DNA from: Nitrospirota bacterium
Lineage (GTDB): Bacteria > Nitrospirota > Thermodesulfovibrionia > Thermodesulfovibrionales > Dissulfurispiraceae
Assembly: GCA_040754455.1 (NCBI GenBank)
Contig: JBFMCP010000001.1
Span: forward strand, 32,001-96,000
Reading direction: 5' to 3'
DNA: 64,000 nucleotides
A program made the translations under genes and the position numbers. Shown in pieces: positions 51,327-60,149 of this stretch (within the stretch, counting starts at the first letter, position 1; each line of letters starts with the position of its first letter). The notes below the pieces were generated by a model, which searched no databases, was not told the DNA's origin, and saw nothing but the letters and a program-made list of their open reading frames with translations.

Positions 51327-51576
51327 CATGGTACTCTTCACAGTCAGTTTCGTAGAAACCGTTCGTCTGACACCTATAAGCGTTCTCGCATCTCGCAAAC
51401 ATATAGAAGATCGTCTTCAGGTCCCTCACGCCATCCAGCTCCGCAGGATACAGAAAAGCCCCGCACTGTTTGCAGATCAGTCTCGGGTACCGCTTCACCG
51501 GCCAGCCCTCGGGAGGATCACACTGGATCACCTCTTTGTGCCCGTAGATGCATCGATAAAGAACCTCGTTTTTCAT
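51190..51576 (-). CDS. Hypothetical Cys-rich (Zn-ribbon) + coiled-coil protein, antisense to the early operon
   Basis: CIYGH..CKQCG pattern, C-terminal LAELEKRVQALE coiled coil. Confidence 0.55.
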   Translation of the reverse strand: MKNEVLYRCIYGHKEVIQCDPPEGWPVKRYPRLICKQCGAFLYPAELDGVRDLKTIFYMFARCENAYRCQTNGFYETDCEEYHVKPRCLSLILEASIQANRRLAELEKRVQALEDRSKGRRSRLGRKE

Positions 51577-51610
51577 GCCCTTAGTTTAAGTGTTTCCCCC
51601 ACAGGGGTCA

Positions 51611-52249
51611 ATGTCAAAAACCTCAACTTTTTCAGGAGTGGATGTGAATAGATTTGAGCAGTACAAGAATTCTTATGAAGTCCTCGACGCCATTATAGAT
51701 GAATGGTGCGACGCCGAGCGTGAGCGCCGCAGGCAGGCCGGTCTGCCGGTCCTCTCGAAGCTTGAGCTTAAGAACGAGCTGGGCCGCGCAGTCGGCCTGG
51801 GCAACGGAGACGATTCCAACTCAGCAGGCAAGGGCATCTACCGCTACTGCAGCGGAGAGACGCCCATATCGATAGAGAAAGCCATCCTCATCTGCAACTA
51901 CATCAATAATAACGAGCTCGTCCAGTGGATGGGCTATCACACCGGCATGCTCATGACGCCCCGCACCGTGATCGAGAGCATAGGGGACCTCGAAGAAGAG
52001 GACATGTTCAGCGAGATCGTGAAATGCCTGAAGGACACCACCAAGTTTGTCGAGACCCTTTCGAGCACCTACCAGTCCAAGGCCAACGCCGGAGCCCTGA
52101 TGGTGATAGAGGAAGTATTCATGCGCGCACTCCTGCAGATGGAAAAAACGCGCCTCATGCTCAAGAAGCTCGTCGAGCGCATGCTCAAGCCCGGCACCCA
52201 GGGCGCACTCTGGTGGACCGAAGAGAAGAAGAAGCGGAAGAGGGGATAG
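51611..52249 (+). CDS. Phage regulatory protein (CII-like), hypothetical
   Basis: Position after cro/ner; IYRYCSG..ISIEKAIL HTH-like then helical domain; start uncertain (51611 or GTG 51644). Confidence 0.6.
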   Translation: MSKTSTFSGVDVNRFEQYKNSYEVLDAIIDEWCDAERERRRQAGLPVLSKLELKNELGRAVGLGNGDDSNSAGKGIYRYCSGETPISIEKAILICNYINNNELVQWMGYHTGMLMTPRTVIESIGDLEEEDMFSEIVKCLKDTTKFVETLSSTYQSKANAGALMVIEEVFMRALLQMEKTRLMLKKLVERMLKPGTQGALWWTEEKKKRKRG

Positions 52250-52251
52250 CG

Positions 52252-52455
52252 ATGGAAACGAACAGGAGAGAAGCGATTATCAGAATGTTCCTAATTTCGA
52301 AACCTTACGTCGTCTCTTACGAGTACCGGAAACAAGCCTATAGGGAAGATAAACCCATACTCGATGAGCTTCTGCGAGAGGGATTGATCGAGCAGGTTAG
52401 CAAGGATAACAAGCGGGTCGTTTTCAGATATATAGGTCCAGAAACTCATCAATAA
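52252..52455 (+). CDS. Phage hypothetical protein
   Basis: 67 aa; fits tightly between neighbours, with SD. Confidence 0.55.
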   Translation: METNRREAIIRMFLISKPYVVSYEYRKQAYREDKPILDELLREGLIEQVSKDNKRVVFRYIGPETHQ

Positions 52456-52466
52456 AGGAGAAGAGT

Positions 52467-53351
52467 ATGCCCAAAAAACAGGATAAGAAGACCGCAAAAA
52501 AAGAAGTGGTGAGAACGCAGAAAAATTCCACAGATGTGGAAAATGTGAAAGATAAGTCGTTGAATTTCCGCGAGACGCTTTCCACAGCTGTGGAAAATTT
52601 CAGCTCTCAGCCTTTGTCTTATATTGAAGGGTTTCTTTCTCGCCGAGAGGTCACCGATTCGTTCAATGAGATGGTCGATGCCCTCGCACTCTATGAGGTC
52701 AAACATCGTGAGCTTTATAGAGAGGCAGGCTTTAAAAACTTCGCTGATTATTGCGAGTCGAGAGGCATTTCCAAAAGCCTGGGCTATGCATGGGCGAAGC
52801 ACGTCGAGGAGATCGGCCCTGATAGCTTCCCGGCCCTCGCCGAGAAAGTCGGTCTCAACCGCACCTTCTTCCGCGCTTTTGCCCTCATCCCTCACGAGAT
52901 ACAGCAGGCCGTTGTGAAAGGCAACAAGATCGAGGTCGACGGCAAAGAGTACGACTTCTCCGCTGATGGCGAATCGGTCAAACAGATTGTCATCGGCCTC
53001 GTGAAGTATGCAGAGAAACAGAAGGAAGAGGCGAGCAAAGAGCTTCAGGAAAAGGACAAGAAGCTGCGCCTCCTGGAGACCGAGAAGAACAATCTCCAGC
53101 GCATCCTGGATGAGTTCAACGAGCTCATCCCCGACAGTGTCGGCGAAACCAAGTGGGCAAAGTCCCGCGCCCTGGCTTCGGCGCTTTACGACAAGTTCGA
53201 TTCTGTCATGAGTTTCATCATCTTCGAGCAGCTCGATCTCAATGACGGCTCAGGCGTTGCCGCCTTAGAGGCCGATCTCCAGCGCATGTACAGCAGGATC
53301 ACCCACAAGATGGAGGAGCTTCAGAAATACAAACGGGGCGAGGCCCGGTAA
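52467..53351 (+). CDS. Phage protein, DUF3102-like with coiled coil
   Basis: L.EVK..ELYREAGFKNFADYC..RGIS motif; directly upstream of the transposase. Confidence 0.65.
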   Translation: MPKKQDKKTAKKEVVRTQKNSTDVENVKDKSLNFRETLSTAVENFSSQPLSYIEGFLSRREVTDSFNEMVDALALYEVKHRELYREAGFKNFADYCESRGISKSLGYAWAKHVEEIGPDSFPALAEKVGLNRTFFRAFALIPHEIQQAVVKGNKIEVDGKEYDFSADGESVKQIVIGLVKYAEKQKEEASKELQEKDKKLRLLETEKNNLQRILDEFNELIPDSVGETKWAKSRALASALYDKFDSVMSFIIFEQLDLNDGSGVAALEADLQRMYSRITHKMEELQKYKRGEAR

Positions 53352-55303
53352 TGAACCCCTCGGGCGAATTCCCCCTCATGAACGCGCAGAATCTGCATCA
53401 GCAGGTATGCCCTCCCGTTGCCGGAGCCGACGCCTCTGACGGCGTCCCCGAAAAAGCCCGGCAGGAGGCCATTGCCCGTCTCACGCTCCTACGCATGCGC
53501 GACGAATATCGGGCCGCGCATCCAGGACGGAAAAAGACCGAAGTAGACAAAGAATTCGTCGATTCATACAACACCGGGCTCATCTATCAGCAACTCCACT
53601 CAATAGTGGGCAAGACCTCAGTGCAGACACTGTATCGTTGGGACAGCGAGCTCGATGGCACGCAGGACTGGACCCGCCTTGTACCTCGCTATTATCTGAA
53701 GGACAAAACGCCTCGGCTCAACCCCATCGAAGAACGCGTGTTCCTCGCCTTCCTTCTGAGCCCTAACAAGATACCGGTCGGCACCGCCACCAGATTCACC
53801 AGGCTCCTGCTGCAGCAGCGCGGCTATAAGACGGATAAATCAGATATGACCTTCCGCCGCTACGCCGAAGACTTCATGGCAAAGCACTACGATCTCTGGA
53901 CCCTCATGCGCGACGGCCAGAAAGCGCTCAGGGACAAAGTAGAGCCCTACATCAAACGCGACCCCTCTGTGCTTAATGTTGGAGACGCCCTTGTTGCAGA
54001 CGGCCATAGGCTCAACTTCCAGATCATCAATCCCTTCACCGGCAAGCCTTGCAGGGCTTGCATGGTGGCCTACATCGACTGGAAATCTTACGACCTCGCC
54101 GGGTACGAAATCATGGTCGAGGAAAACACCCAATGCGTTGCCTCGGCAATGCGCAACGCCATACTCCGGCTCGGCAAGACCCCAAAGGTCGCCTACCAGG
54201 ACAACGGCAAGGCATTCAAGGCCCGCTTCTTCCTGGGCTCCCCGAGCTTCGAGGAAGCGGGCTTCTACGGCCTCTTCGGCCGACTGAATATCGTCCCGCT
54301 CTTCGCTGCCCCTTACAACGCCCGCGCAAAGATCATCGAAAGGTGGTTTAAGGAGTTTTCTAACACCTTTGAGCGGCTCTTTCCGAGCTATGTCGGCTCA
54401 TCCATAGCAGACAAACCCGCCTATATGCTCAGGAACGAAAAGTTCCACAAAGCGCTTCATAACGAGTACATCCCCACAATCGAAGAGACCGTCCACCTCC
54501 TGGAGGCCTGGCTCGAATTCCACCGCTCACAGGAGTGCCCTCACGTTAAAGGCAAGTCGATCGGCCAGGTATTCGACGAAGGCAAAGGCCCCGGCGTTGA
54601 TGTCAATGCGCTTGACGACCTCATGATGGACGCCAGGATCACCCGCATCGATCGCAACGGCATCCGGTTCCTGGGCGCCGACTATTACGATGACAATCTC
54701 TACGGCCTCAAAGAGCAGGTCGTCATCAAATACAGCCTCTTCGACCTTTCCTATGTGAAGGTCTTCGCCATGAATGGAGAGTTCATCTGCCTGGCCCAGC
54801 GCATTATGCCGGTCCATCCGCTCGCACGCATCACCGGCACTGCTACAGATTACGAAGCAGTCAAGCGCGGCATCGCACAGCAGAAACGCCTCGAACGTCA
54901 GACCGTCAAACTTGCGAAGGAATACAACAGAGCAGGCGGAGCCGTCGAGCTTGACTGGCAGAAGGTCACCGAGATCACGCCACGCATAGTCGAGAAGCTT
55001 GAGCTGGAGGGCATTGCACTTCCTGCTATTGAAGAGCATATTCCCGACGAAGCGGTAAGCACCGAGCCTATCACCGAGAGCCTTGAGCCCAGAGAGGAGT
55101 CGATGGAAGTAACACGATTGGAGCCGCTGAAGAGGCCGTTCTTCGAGACGAATACTGAGCGCTACGAGTGGCACCTCAAGCATGGCATCTTTACCGACGA
55201 AGATGAAGCCTGGTGTGTATGGTTCAGAACAACAGATGAGTTCAGGATGCTTTATTCGGCATTTCAAAATCAGGGAAAGGAGGCAGCCCAAATTAAAAGT
55301 TAA
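53351..55303 (+). CDS. Mu-type DDE transposase (A protein)
   Basis: SVQTLYRW HTH, VADGH, YQDNGKAF, PYNARAKIIERWF, Mu-transposase C-terminal region. Confidence 0.93.
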   Translation: MNPSGEFPLMNAQNLHQQVCPPVAGADASDGVPEKARQEAIARLTLLRMRDEYRAAHPGRKKTEVDKEFVDSYNTGLIYQQLHSIVGKTSVQTLYRWDSELDGTQDWTRLVPRYYLKDKTPRLNPIEERVFLAFLLSPNKIPVGTATRFTRLLLQQRGYKTDKSDMTFRRYAEDFMAKHYDLWTLMRDGQKALRDKVEPYIKRDPSVLNVGDALVADGHRLNFQIINPFTGKPCRACMVAYIDWKSYDLAGYEIMVEENTQCVASAMRNAILRLGKTPKVAYQDNGKAFKARFFLGSPSFEEAGFYGLFGRLNIVPLFAAPYNARAKIIERWFKEFSNTFERLFPSYVGSSIADKPAYMLRNEKFHKALHNEYIPTIEETVHLLEAWLEFHRSQECPHVKGKSIGQVFDEGKGPGVDVNALDDLMMDARITRIDRNGIRFLGADYYDDNLYGLKEQVVIKYSLFDLSYVKVFAMNGEFICLAQRIMPVHPLARITGTATDYEAVKRGIAQQKRLERQTVKLAKEYNRAGGAVELDWQKVTEITPRIVEKLELEGIALPAIEEHIPDEAVSTEPITESLEPREESMEVTRLEPLKRPFFETNTERYEWHLKHGIFTDEDEAWCVWFRTTDEFRMLYSAFQNQGKEAAQIKS

Positions 55304-55328
55304 AAAAAAAAGGCTGCCTTTGGCAGCC
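55302..55328 (-). terminator. Hairpin + U10 terminator on the antisense strand between transposase and ATPase
   Basis: A10 followed by GGCTGCC-TTT-GGCAGCC. Confidence 0.55.
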
Positions 55329-55360
55329 CGAATCTTAAAGGTTAAGGAGATGATAGCACA

Positions 55361-56044
55361 ATGAGAAAAATATTTGCCCGTACCAGCAATGTGGGGGCTT
55401 TTGTTTCCGCGATGACACGGCTGCTAAAGCGCGAGGACGGTATTCCCGGAATGTCATTGATTTTTGGCGAGCCTGGACTTGGAAAGACGAGGACAACGCT
55501 CTGGTGGTGCGCTCAGAATGACGGCGTATTCATTCGCACAAAAAAGCTCATGACAGGCAGATGGTTACTTGAGGAGATAGTTGCCGAGCTCGGAGAGGCT
55601 CCGATGCGGAGGACTTCGGATTTATTCAGGCAAGCGGTTGATCAGCTCCTTGAAAGGCCGAGGACGCTCTTCATAGACGAGGCAGATTATCTTGCCCATG
55701 ACGCACGGGTTATCGAGACGCTCAGAGATTTGCACGACACAACAGGCACGCCTCTTGTGCTGATAGGCATGGATCAGGCGGACAAAAAGCTCATGCGCTT
55801 TAAGCATCTCTATGATAGGTTCTCAGAGATAGTCAGATTCCATCCTCTATCTGAATCGGATGTCGAATCAGTAGCCGAGCAGATGTGCGAGGTCAAGCTC
55901 TCTGATGATGCTGTCTCTTATATACATAATCAGGCAAACCGCTTCCGCAAGGTCGTTATCTGGTTGTATCGCTGCGAATCTATCGCTAAGGTGAATTCTT
56001 TGAAAGAAATTAACGCTGCGCATCTGCAAGGGGTGCGGAAATGA
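55361..56044 (+). CDS. AAA ATPase, transposition B protein
   Basis: GEPGLGKT Walker A, LFIDEAD Walker B, LRDLHD, LIGM. Confidence 0.9.
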   Translation: MRKIFARTSNVGAFVSAMTRLLKREDGIPGMSLIFGEPGLGKTRTTLWWCAQNDGVFIRTKKLMTGRWLLEEIVAELGEAPMRRTSDLFRQAVDQLLERPRTLFIDEADYLAHDARVIETLRDLHDTTGTPLVLIGMDQADKKLMRFKHLYDRFSEIVRFHPLSESDVESVAEQMCEVKLSDDAVSYIHNQANRFRKVVIWLYRCESIAKVNSLKEINAAHLQGVRK

Positions 56045-56397
56045 CAGTCATATTACCGAGAGATAAAAGCGAGGCAAGGCAGGGCGAGGCAAGGCAAGGG
56101 GGCGGAGTTCGCTCCGCCCAACAAAAAATTTGGGCAGTCATTAGAGGGCTGCGTGAGTTTGGTTTTGAAGAGGTCTCCGTGCTTGCTGAATTACCTTATA
56201 GCGCAGTATCAAGCTACCTAAAGTCGCTATATCATGCCGGATATATCCGGCAGGCCGGCAAAAGAAAAGAGGCGGACGGAAAGCGAAAAAACATCTGGAG
56301 GCTTGCAAAAAACAGCGGGCCTCGGGCGCCAATCCCTTGCAAATGCCTCTATGACCCTAATATTGACGGGCTTGCGGAGGTCAAAGATGTGGATTGA
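56041..56397 (+). CDS. Phage winged-helix-like hypothetical protein
   Basis: IW..IR.LR.F, YLKSL..AGY, WRL..NSGPRAP; conserved-looking post-B gene. Confidence 0.7.
   Translation: MTVILPRDKSEARQGEARQGGGVRSAQQKIWAVIRGLREFGFEEVSVLAELPYSAVSSYLKSLYHAGYIRQAGKRKEADGKRKNIWRLAKNSGPRAPIPCKCLYDPNIDGLAEVKDVD
56068..56099 (+). repeat. Pentamer GGCRR tandem repeat inside a CDS
   Basis: AGCGA GGCAA GGCAG GGCGA GGCAA GGCAA GG (encodes EARQGEARQG). Confidence 0.75.
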
Positions 56398-56701
56398 TAT
56401 TCTGCGGAAAGAGGTCGCTGCAAAGGGGCCACGAATGGTAGCGCGGGAATTGGGCATCAGCAGAAGCACTGTTGACATGGTAACTCAAAACAAATATCAG
56501 GCATCAACTGTGAAGATCGAGGAGCGCGTGAGGAAAATCTATGGCAGGGACGGAAAAGTTGAATGCCCTATTAAAGGGCTTATAACGCCGATTGAATGCG
56601 CTGAAAATTTTAAAAAGGCAAAGGCTATAGGCCTCAAGGCGTCTAATCCCGAGACATTGCGTTTGTACAAAACCTGTAAGGCATGCAGTGTGAGGAGGTA
56701 G
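56387..56701 (+). CDS. Phage HTH protein with Cys motif
   Basis: VARELGISRSTV..KY; V.CP..C..C..C; SD GGAGG. Confidence 0.75.
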   Translation: MWIDILRKEVAAKGPRMVARELGISRSTVDMVTQNKYQASTVKIEERVRKIYGRDGKVECPIKGLITPIECAENFKKAKAIGLKASNPETLRLYKTCKACSVRR

Positions 56702-56703
56702 CC

Positions 56704-57162
56704 ATGCAGAAGCCAATCGACAAACGGCAGATCCGCAAGATCCACACCCTGAAGAGCGCACTCAAGCTCTCTGATGATGAGTACCGCGAGAAGGTGCAGG
56801 AGATCCACGGCTTCAGCGGCACATCCAAGGACCTCACCTACGACGAAGCTGAAACGCTTATACGGGCCATGGAGTCCGAGGCGCTTTCAAAAGGAGTATG
56901 GCAGCGGCGCGTGTCCAGAAAATCGAAATACGAGTATCTGGGCGATCGTGAGGGCATGGCTACGCCCAAGCAGCTACGCATGATCGAAGCGATATGGAAA
57001 GACGTTTCTCGGTACCACGCCGAGGACGAACGGGCCAGGGCGCTGCGCTCGTTCCTCTTCAAGCGCTTCAAGGTCTCCGACGTGAAGTTCATCACGTCAC
57101 GGCAGGCGTCAAAGATCATCTGGTCCTTATTCAATATGTCGAGGGAGGGAAAGCAACAATGA
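56704..57162 (+). CDS. GemA / Mu gp16 family (DUF1018) protein
   Basis: QIRKIH..K..L.L.DDEYR, SKDLT..EA, TPKQLRMIEAIW, ALRSF. Confidence 0.88.
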   Translation: MQKPIDKRQIRKIHTLKSALKLSDDEYREKVQEIHGFSGTSKDLTYDEAETLIRAMESEALSKGVWQRRVSRKSKYEYLGDREGMATPKQLRMIEAIWKDVSRYHAEDERARALRSFLFKRFKVSDVKFITSRQASKIIWSLFNMSREGKQQ

Positions 57163-57344
57163 TATGCATCTATCGGTTCAAATGTAAAGATGGATCATAT
57201 GAATGCCTCAGCGCGGTGCACTGGAAGCGGAAGTGCGGGGCCTTTCATGTGCTGAGGTGTATCGCAGCAGGGTTTGTGGTCGATGTAAAGCACGCAGTAC
57301 GCATCAGGCTGTACCGGCTGAAAAGAAGGCTATCAAGGAGGTGA
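57159..57344 (+). CDS. Phage hypothetical protein
   Basis: ATGA overlap with gemA, SD GGAGG. Confidence 0.5.
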   Translation: MICIYRFKCKDGSYECLSAVHWKRKCGAFHVLRCIAAGFVVDVKHAVRIRLYRLKRRLSRR

Positions 57345-57351
57345 AAATCGC

Positions 57352-57654
57352 ATGCAGATCGTAGTCATTATTCCCGACGCACATGCAGAGGACCTGAAGA
57401 ACTGGCACAAGGGTCTGGCACAATTCAAGCGCGGCCTCGCTGAAAGCTCCAAGAGCGAGGCGTCCAGGTCAATACTCAAAGCGCAGGCCGATATGTCCGA
57501 CTCTATCGCGGCAAACATAGAGCGGATGCAGCTCGCCGACGGCAACATCCACATCACCCTGCAGCATCTCCTTGAGCCGCACATAAAGAAGCACGGTAAA
57601 GAGACGGTGCAGTCAGTGGTGATGGATTGTATCAAACAGGGCTGGCGGATGTGA
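57352..57654 (+). CDS. Phage hypothetical protein
   Basis: Strong SD AAGGAGGTG; in-operon. Confidence 0.65.
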   Translation: MQIVVIIPDAHAEDLKNWHKGLAQFKRGLAESSKSEASRSILKAQADMSDSIAANIERMQLADGNIHITLQHLLEPHIKKHGKETVQSVVMDCIKQGWRM

Positions 57655-57676
57655 AGTAGTGGCTAACGGAGGACCA

Positions 57677-57865
57677 ATGGTAACAGACATGGGAGTGAAC
57701 ATCGTAGTCAGCATGATCGCGGTGCTTGGACAGTTGACAGTTGTAGATATTCTGCACGGCCTTGCCGCGATTGCAGGAGTCGCGGGCCTCTGCATTGCGC
57801 GCTACATCGGCGCTCTGGGGGCTGTGCTCTACAACTGCGCCTGGGTCTGGCGATCATCATGGTGA
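57677..57865 (+). CDS. Phage small membrane protein
   Basis: SD GGAGG; hydrophobic 62 aa. Confidence 0.5.
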   Translation: MVTDMGVNIVVSMIAVLGQLTVVDILHGLAAIAGVAGLCIARYIGALGAVLYNCAWVWRSSW

Positions 57866-57909
57866 TGTACTTAATGCTCGGATAAGGAGAAAAAGGAGGA
57901 ATCAGGATC

Positions 57910-58398
57910 ATGACGACAATGGCAGCAAAGTTGGGTAAAGCGGGGGCGGTGGAAACCGTCACGCTCAAGAAAGGCAGAGAGACAACAACGATATCGGTGC
58001 CGAGGCTTGCGGATACCATCAGATCGGCCCGCGGCCTCACGATCGAGATGAAGAGCCTGGAGCCCGCGCTCAAGGAGTACAGGGATTACATTGCGTCCGT
58101 GGCAAAGGATTACATCGATGCAAGCGGGACGCTCACATTCATTATCGACGGCATCCGATGCAAGGTGACCTTCGGCTACGAGTGCGTAATTCCGGAGGAG
58201 CATGTGGCTGAGGTCAGGAGGCTCCTCGGAGAGCGTTTTGATGACCTGGTCAGGACAAAGATCACCCATAGCGGTACCTCCAAGCTCATCGACATGGCGG
58301 CGGATGGAGACCGGGGAAAGGCAATCGCTGGCTGTCTGGTCATCAAAGAGAAAACGCCGGGGGTTTCCTTCGAAGATGAGCTGAACAAGCAGAGGTGA
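57910..58398 (+). CDS. Phage hypothetical protein
   Basis: Strong SD, phage-like codon use. Confidence 0.7.
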   Translation: MTTMAAKLGKAGAVETVTLKKGRETTTISVPRLADTIRSARGLTIEMKSLEPALKEYRDYIASVAKDYIDASGTLTFIIDGIRCKVTFGYECVIPEEHVAEVRRLLGERFDDLVRTKITHSGTSKLIDMAADGDRGKAIAGCLVIKEKTPGVSFEDELNKQR

Positions 58399-58625
58399 GC
58401 GGCATGAGCACCGACGCATTGGCGTGTAATTATCTGAAATGCCGTCTTTGCTCCTGGAAGACCGTAAAGCGGCACACTCGCAATAACGGCTCTTTCAGCG
58501 ACATCGAGAATGCCTTTAATAGGCTTCGGACGCACTACTATCAGAAACATCCGGAGGTAATGAGAATGATCGAAGAGAGGGAGGCTGCAGATGCTATATC
58601 CGGGGTGCAACATGCTGAAGCGTAA
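58395..58625 (+). CDS. Phage hypothetical protein, C2H2-like Zn motif
   Basis: CRLCSW...H...H; GTGA overlap. Confidence 0.55.
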   Translation: MSGMSTDALACNYLKCRLCSWKTVKRHTRNNGSFSDIENAFNRLRTHYYQKHPEVMRMIEEREAADAISGVQHAEA

Positions 58626-58848
58626 GGTCGAGATTGGCTACAGGAAGGCAATACGGGCCACAGATAAGCAGCGCCGGTGCGGTAACTGTGCGAACCGGGT
58701 ATGGGCAGATATCTACGCCTGCAGCGGCGGTGAAGTCGTAGGGCAAGGATGGCGCTGCAAGGTGGTCGGAGTTCAGAACTCCCGGAAGTATTCCGTTGCT
58801 GAGGATCACGTGTGCAATCATTTTGAGGCGAAAAAGGAGACGGCATGA
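58612..58848 (+). CDS. Phage small Cys-rich protein
   Basis: RCGNCA..C..VCNHF. Confidence 0.6.
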   Translation: MLKRKVEIGYRKAIRATDKQRRCGNCANRVWADIYACSGGEVVGQGWRCKVVGVQNSRKYSVAEDHVCNHFEAKKETA

Positions 58849-59114
58849 AGGTCAAGCTCTTCTTTGCGTGGTATGACGGATGGGTCGGCTACTACTGGGA
58901 CCGGTATGAGCGTGCTCTCTATGTCTGTCCGCTGCCTTGGGTAGTGATCAAGCTCTCACGCCCTCCCAAAGAAGAGCAGGAAAGTGAGGTCAGGCGGATC
59001 TGCAAAAAGTGCAGAGCCTATAAACGCCCCAAGTGCAGACGGGAGAAAAAGTTCGTCGGCAAGTTTGACGAAGGCTGTGAACATTTCAAAGCAAAGGAGG
59101 AAGCAAGGTCATGA
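58845..59114 (+). CDS. Phage hypothetical protein
   Basis: FFAWYD.WVG.YWD..LYVCPLP motif + C..C..C..CEHF; ATGA overlaps. Confidence 0.65.
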   Translation: MKVKLFFAWYDGWVGYYWDRYERALYVCPLPWVVIKLSRPPKEEQESEVRRICKKCRAYKRPKCRREKKFVGKFDEGCEHFKAKEEARS

Positions 59115-59386
59115 CAAAGACGGAGTTGATTAACAAGATGGCAGGAGATGCAGGAATTTCAAAGAAGGACGCAGAGAGCGCGATGAATGCCCTGGTGAGC
59201 GGCATCCAGAACGCGCTCAAAAGCGGAGACAAGGTCCTGATATCAGGACTGGGGACTTTCAAGGTCAAAGAGCGGGCGGCACGGAAAGGCCGCAATCCGA
59301 AGACCGGCGAGGAAGTAACGATAGCGGCGAGCAAGAAGGTTGCCTTCTCAGCCTCAAAAGAGCTTAAAGAGGCTGTGCAGGGATAA
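59111..59386 (+). CDS. hup: HU-family DNA-binding protein (phage encoded)
   Basis: MTKTELI, GLGTFKV..RAARKGRNPKTGE, FSASKELK. Confidence 0.95.
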   Translation: MTKTELINKMAGDAGISKKDAESAMNALVSGIQNALKSGDKVLISGLGTFKVKERAARKGRNPKTGEEVTIAASKKVAFSASKELKEAVQG

Positions 59387-59558
59387 CATGAATTCGGCGG
59401 TGTCCGTATTTAAAACCATCGGTGAGGAGTTAATACAGGCGAAAACAACCGAGCCGCCGTGCAGGCTCATAGGCCGAAACCACCATCTCCCTGACATCAG
59501 GAAAATGGTGGTCGCAGCGTGAGGCGCTGCCTGATGACGGCCAGGATGGAGGGCACAC

Positions 59559-59816
59559 ATGAACGATTTTGAAAGAGCTATACAGCGCATGGAAAAAGTA
59601 ATAGCGGCCTGTGATGAACTGATAGCAATGGCAAAGAAGGATATCTCAGATTTACAGAAGCGCAAAAAGAGAGCCCGAATATTGATTGAAGGCTTTAAAG
59701 TGCTCCCTAATGCTGAGCAAGATGAATATAGGAATCTGGCAAAGAAAACCGCCATAGAGATCGCCGATGGAGAGTTGAAGATGGTTTCCTGCATGGGCGT
59801 CGGGATAAGGATTTAA
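59559..59816 (+). CDS. Phage hypothetical protein
   Basis: SD GGAGG; helical 85 aa. Confidence 0.6.
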   Translation: MNDFERAIQRMEKVIAACDELIAMAKKDISDLQKRKKRARILIEGFKVLPNAEQDEYRNLAKKTAIEIADGELKMVSCMGVGIRI

Positions 59817-59817
59817 A

Positions 59818-60144
59818 GTGAGCATGAAGCGGATCAAGAAGCTATATGCCGAGATGCCGTCCTTCACCTGTCTTGAGGGATGCACGGAGTGCTGCGGTCC
59901 GATTCCTTTCACCCGCGATGAATGGAAACGGGTTAAGGATAAGAGAAAGGCCACGAGTGTGGATTGTCCTTATTTCCTGAACGGGCGGTGTGACATCTAT
60001 GCCGATAGGCCGTTCATCTGCCGTCTATACGGTGCTGCTGAGGATTTGAAATGTCCTTACGGCTGCAGACCCGAGAAGCTTCTGACAGCGGAAAAATCCG
60101 CAGAACTAACCAAGGCATACCTGAAGTTGATGCACGAGGGTTAA
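59818..60144 (+). CDS. YkgJ-family cysteine-cluster (Fe-S/Zn) protein
   Basis: C..GC.ECC, CPYF..GRC.IY.DRPFICRLYG. Confidence 0.85.
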   Translation: MSMKRIKKLYAEMPSFTCLEGCTECCGPIPFTRDEWKRVKDKRKATSVDCPYFLNGRCDIYADRPFICRLYGAAEDLKCPYGCRPEKLLTAEKSAELTKAYLKLMHEG

Positions 60145-60149
60145 GGGAG

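Noticed and set aside
57910..58398. Calling this gene Mu Gam
   Set aside because: Size and position fit, but I see no Gam signature.
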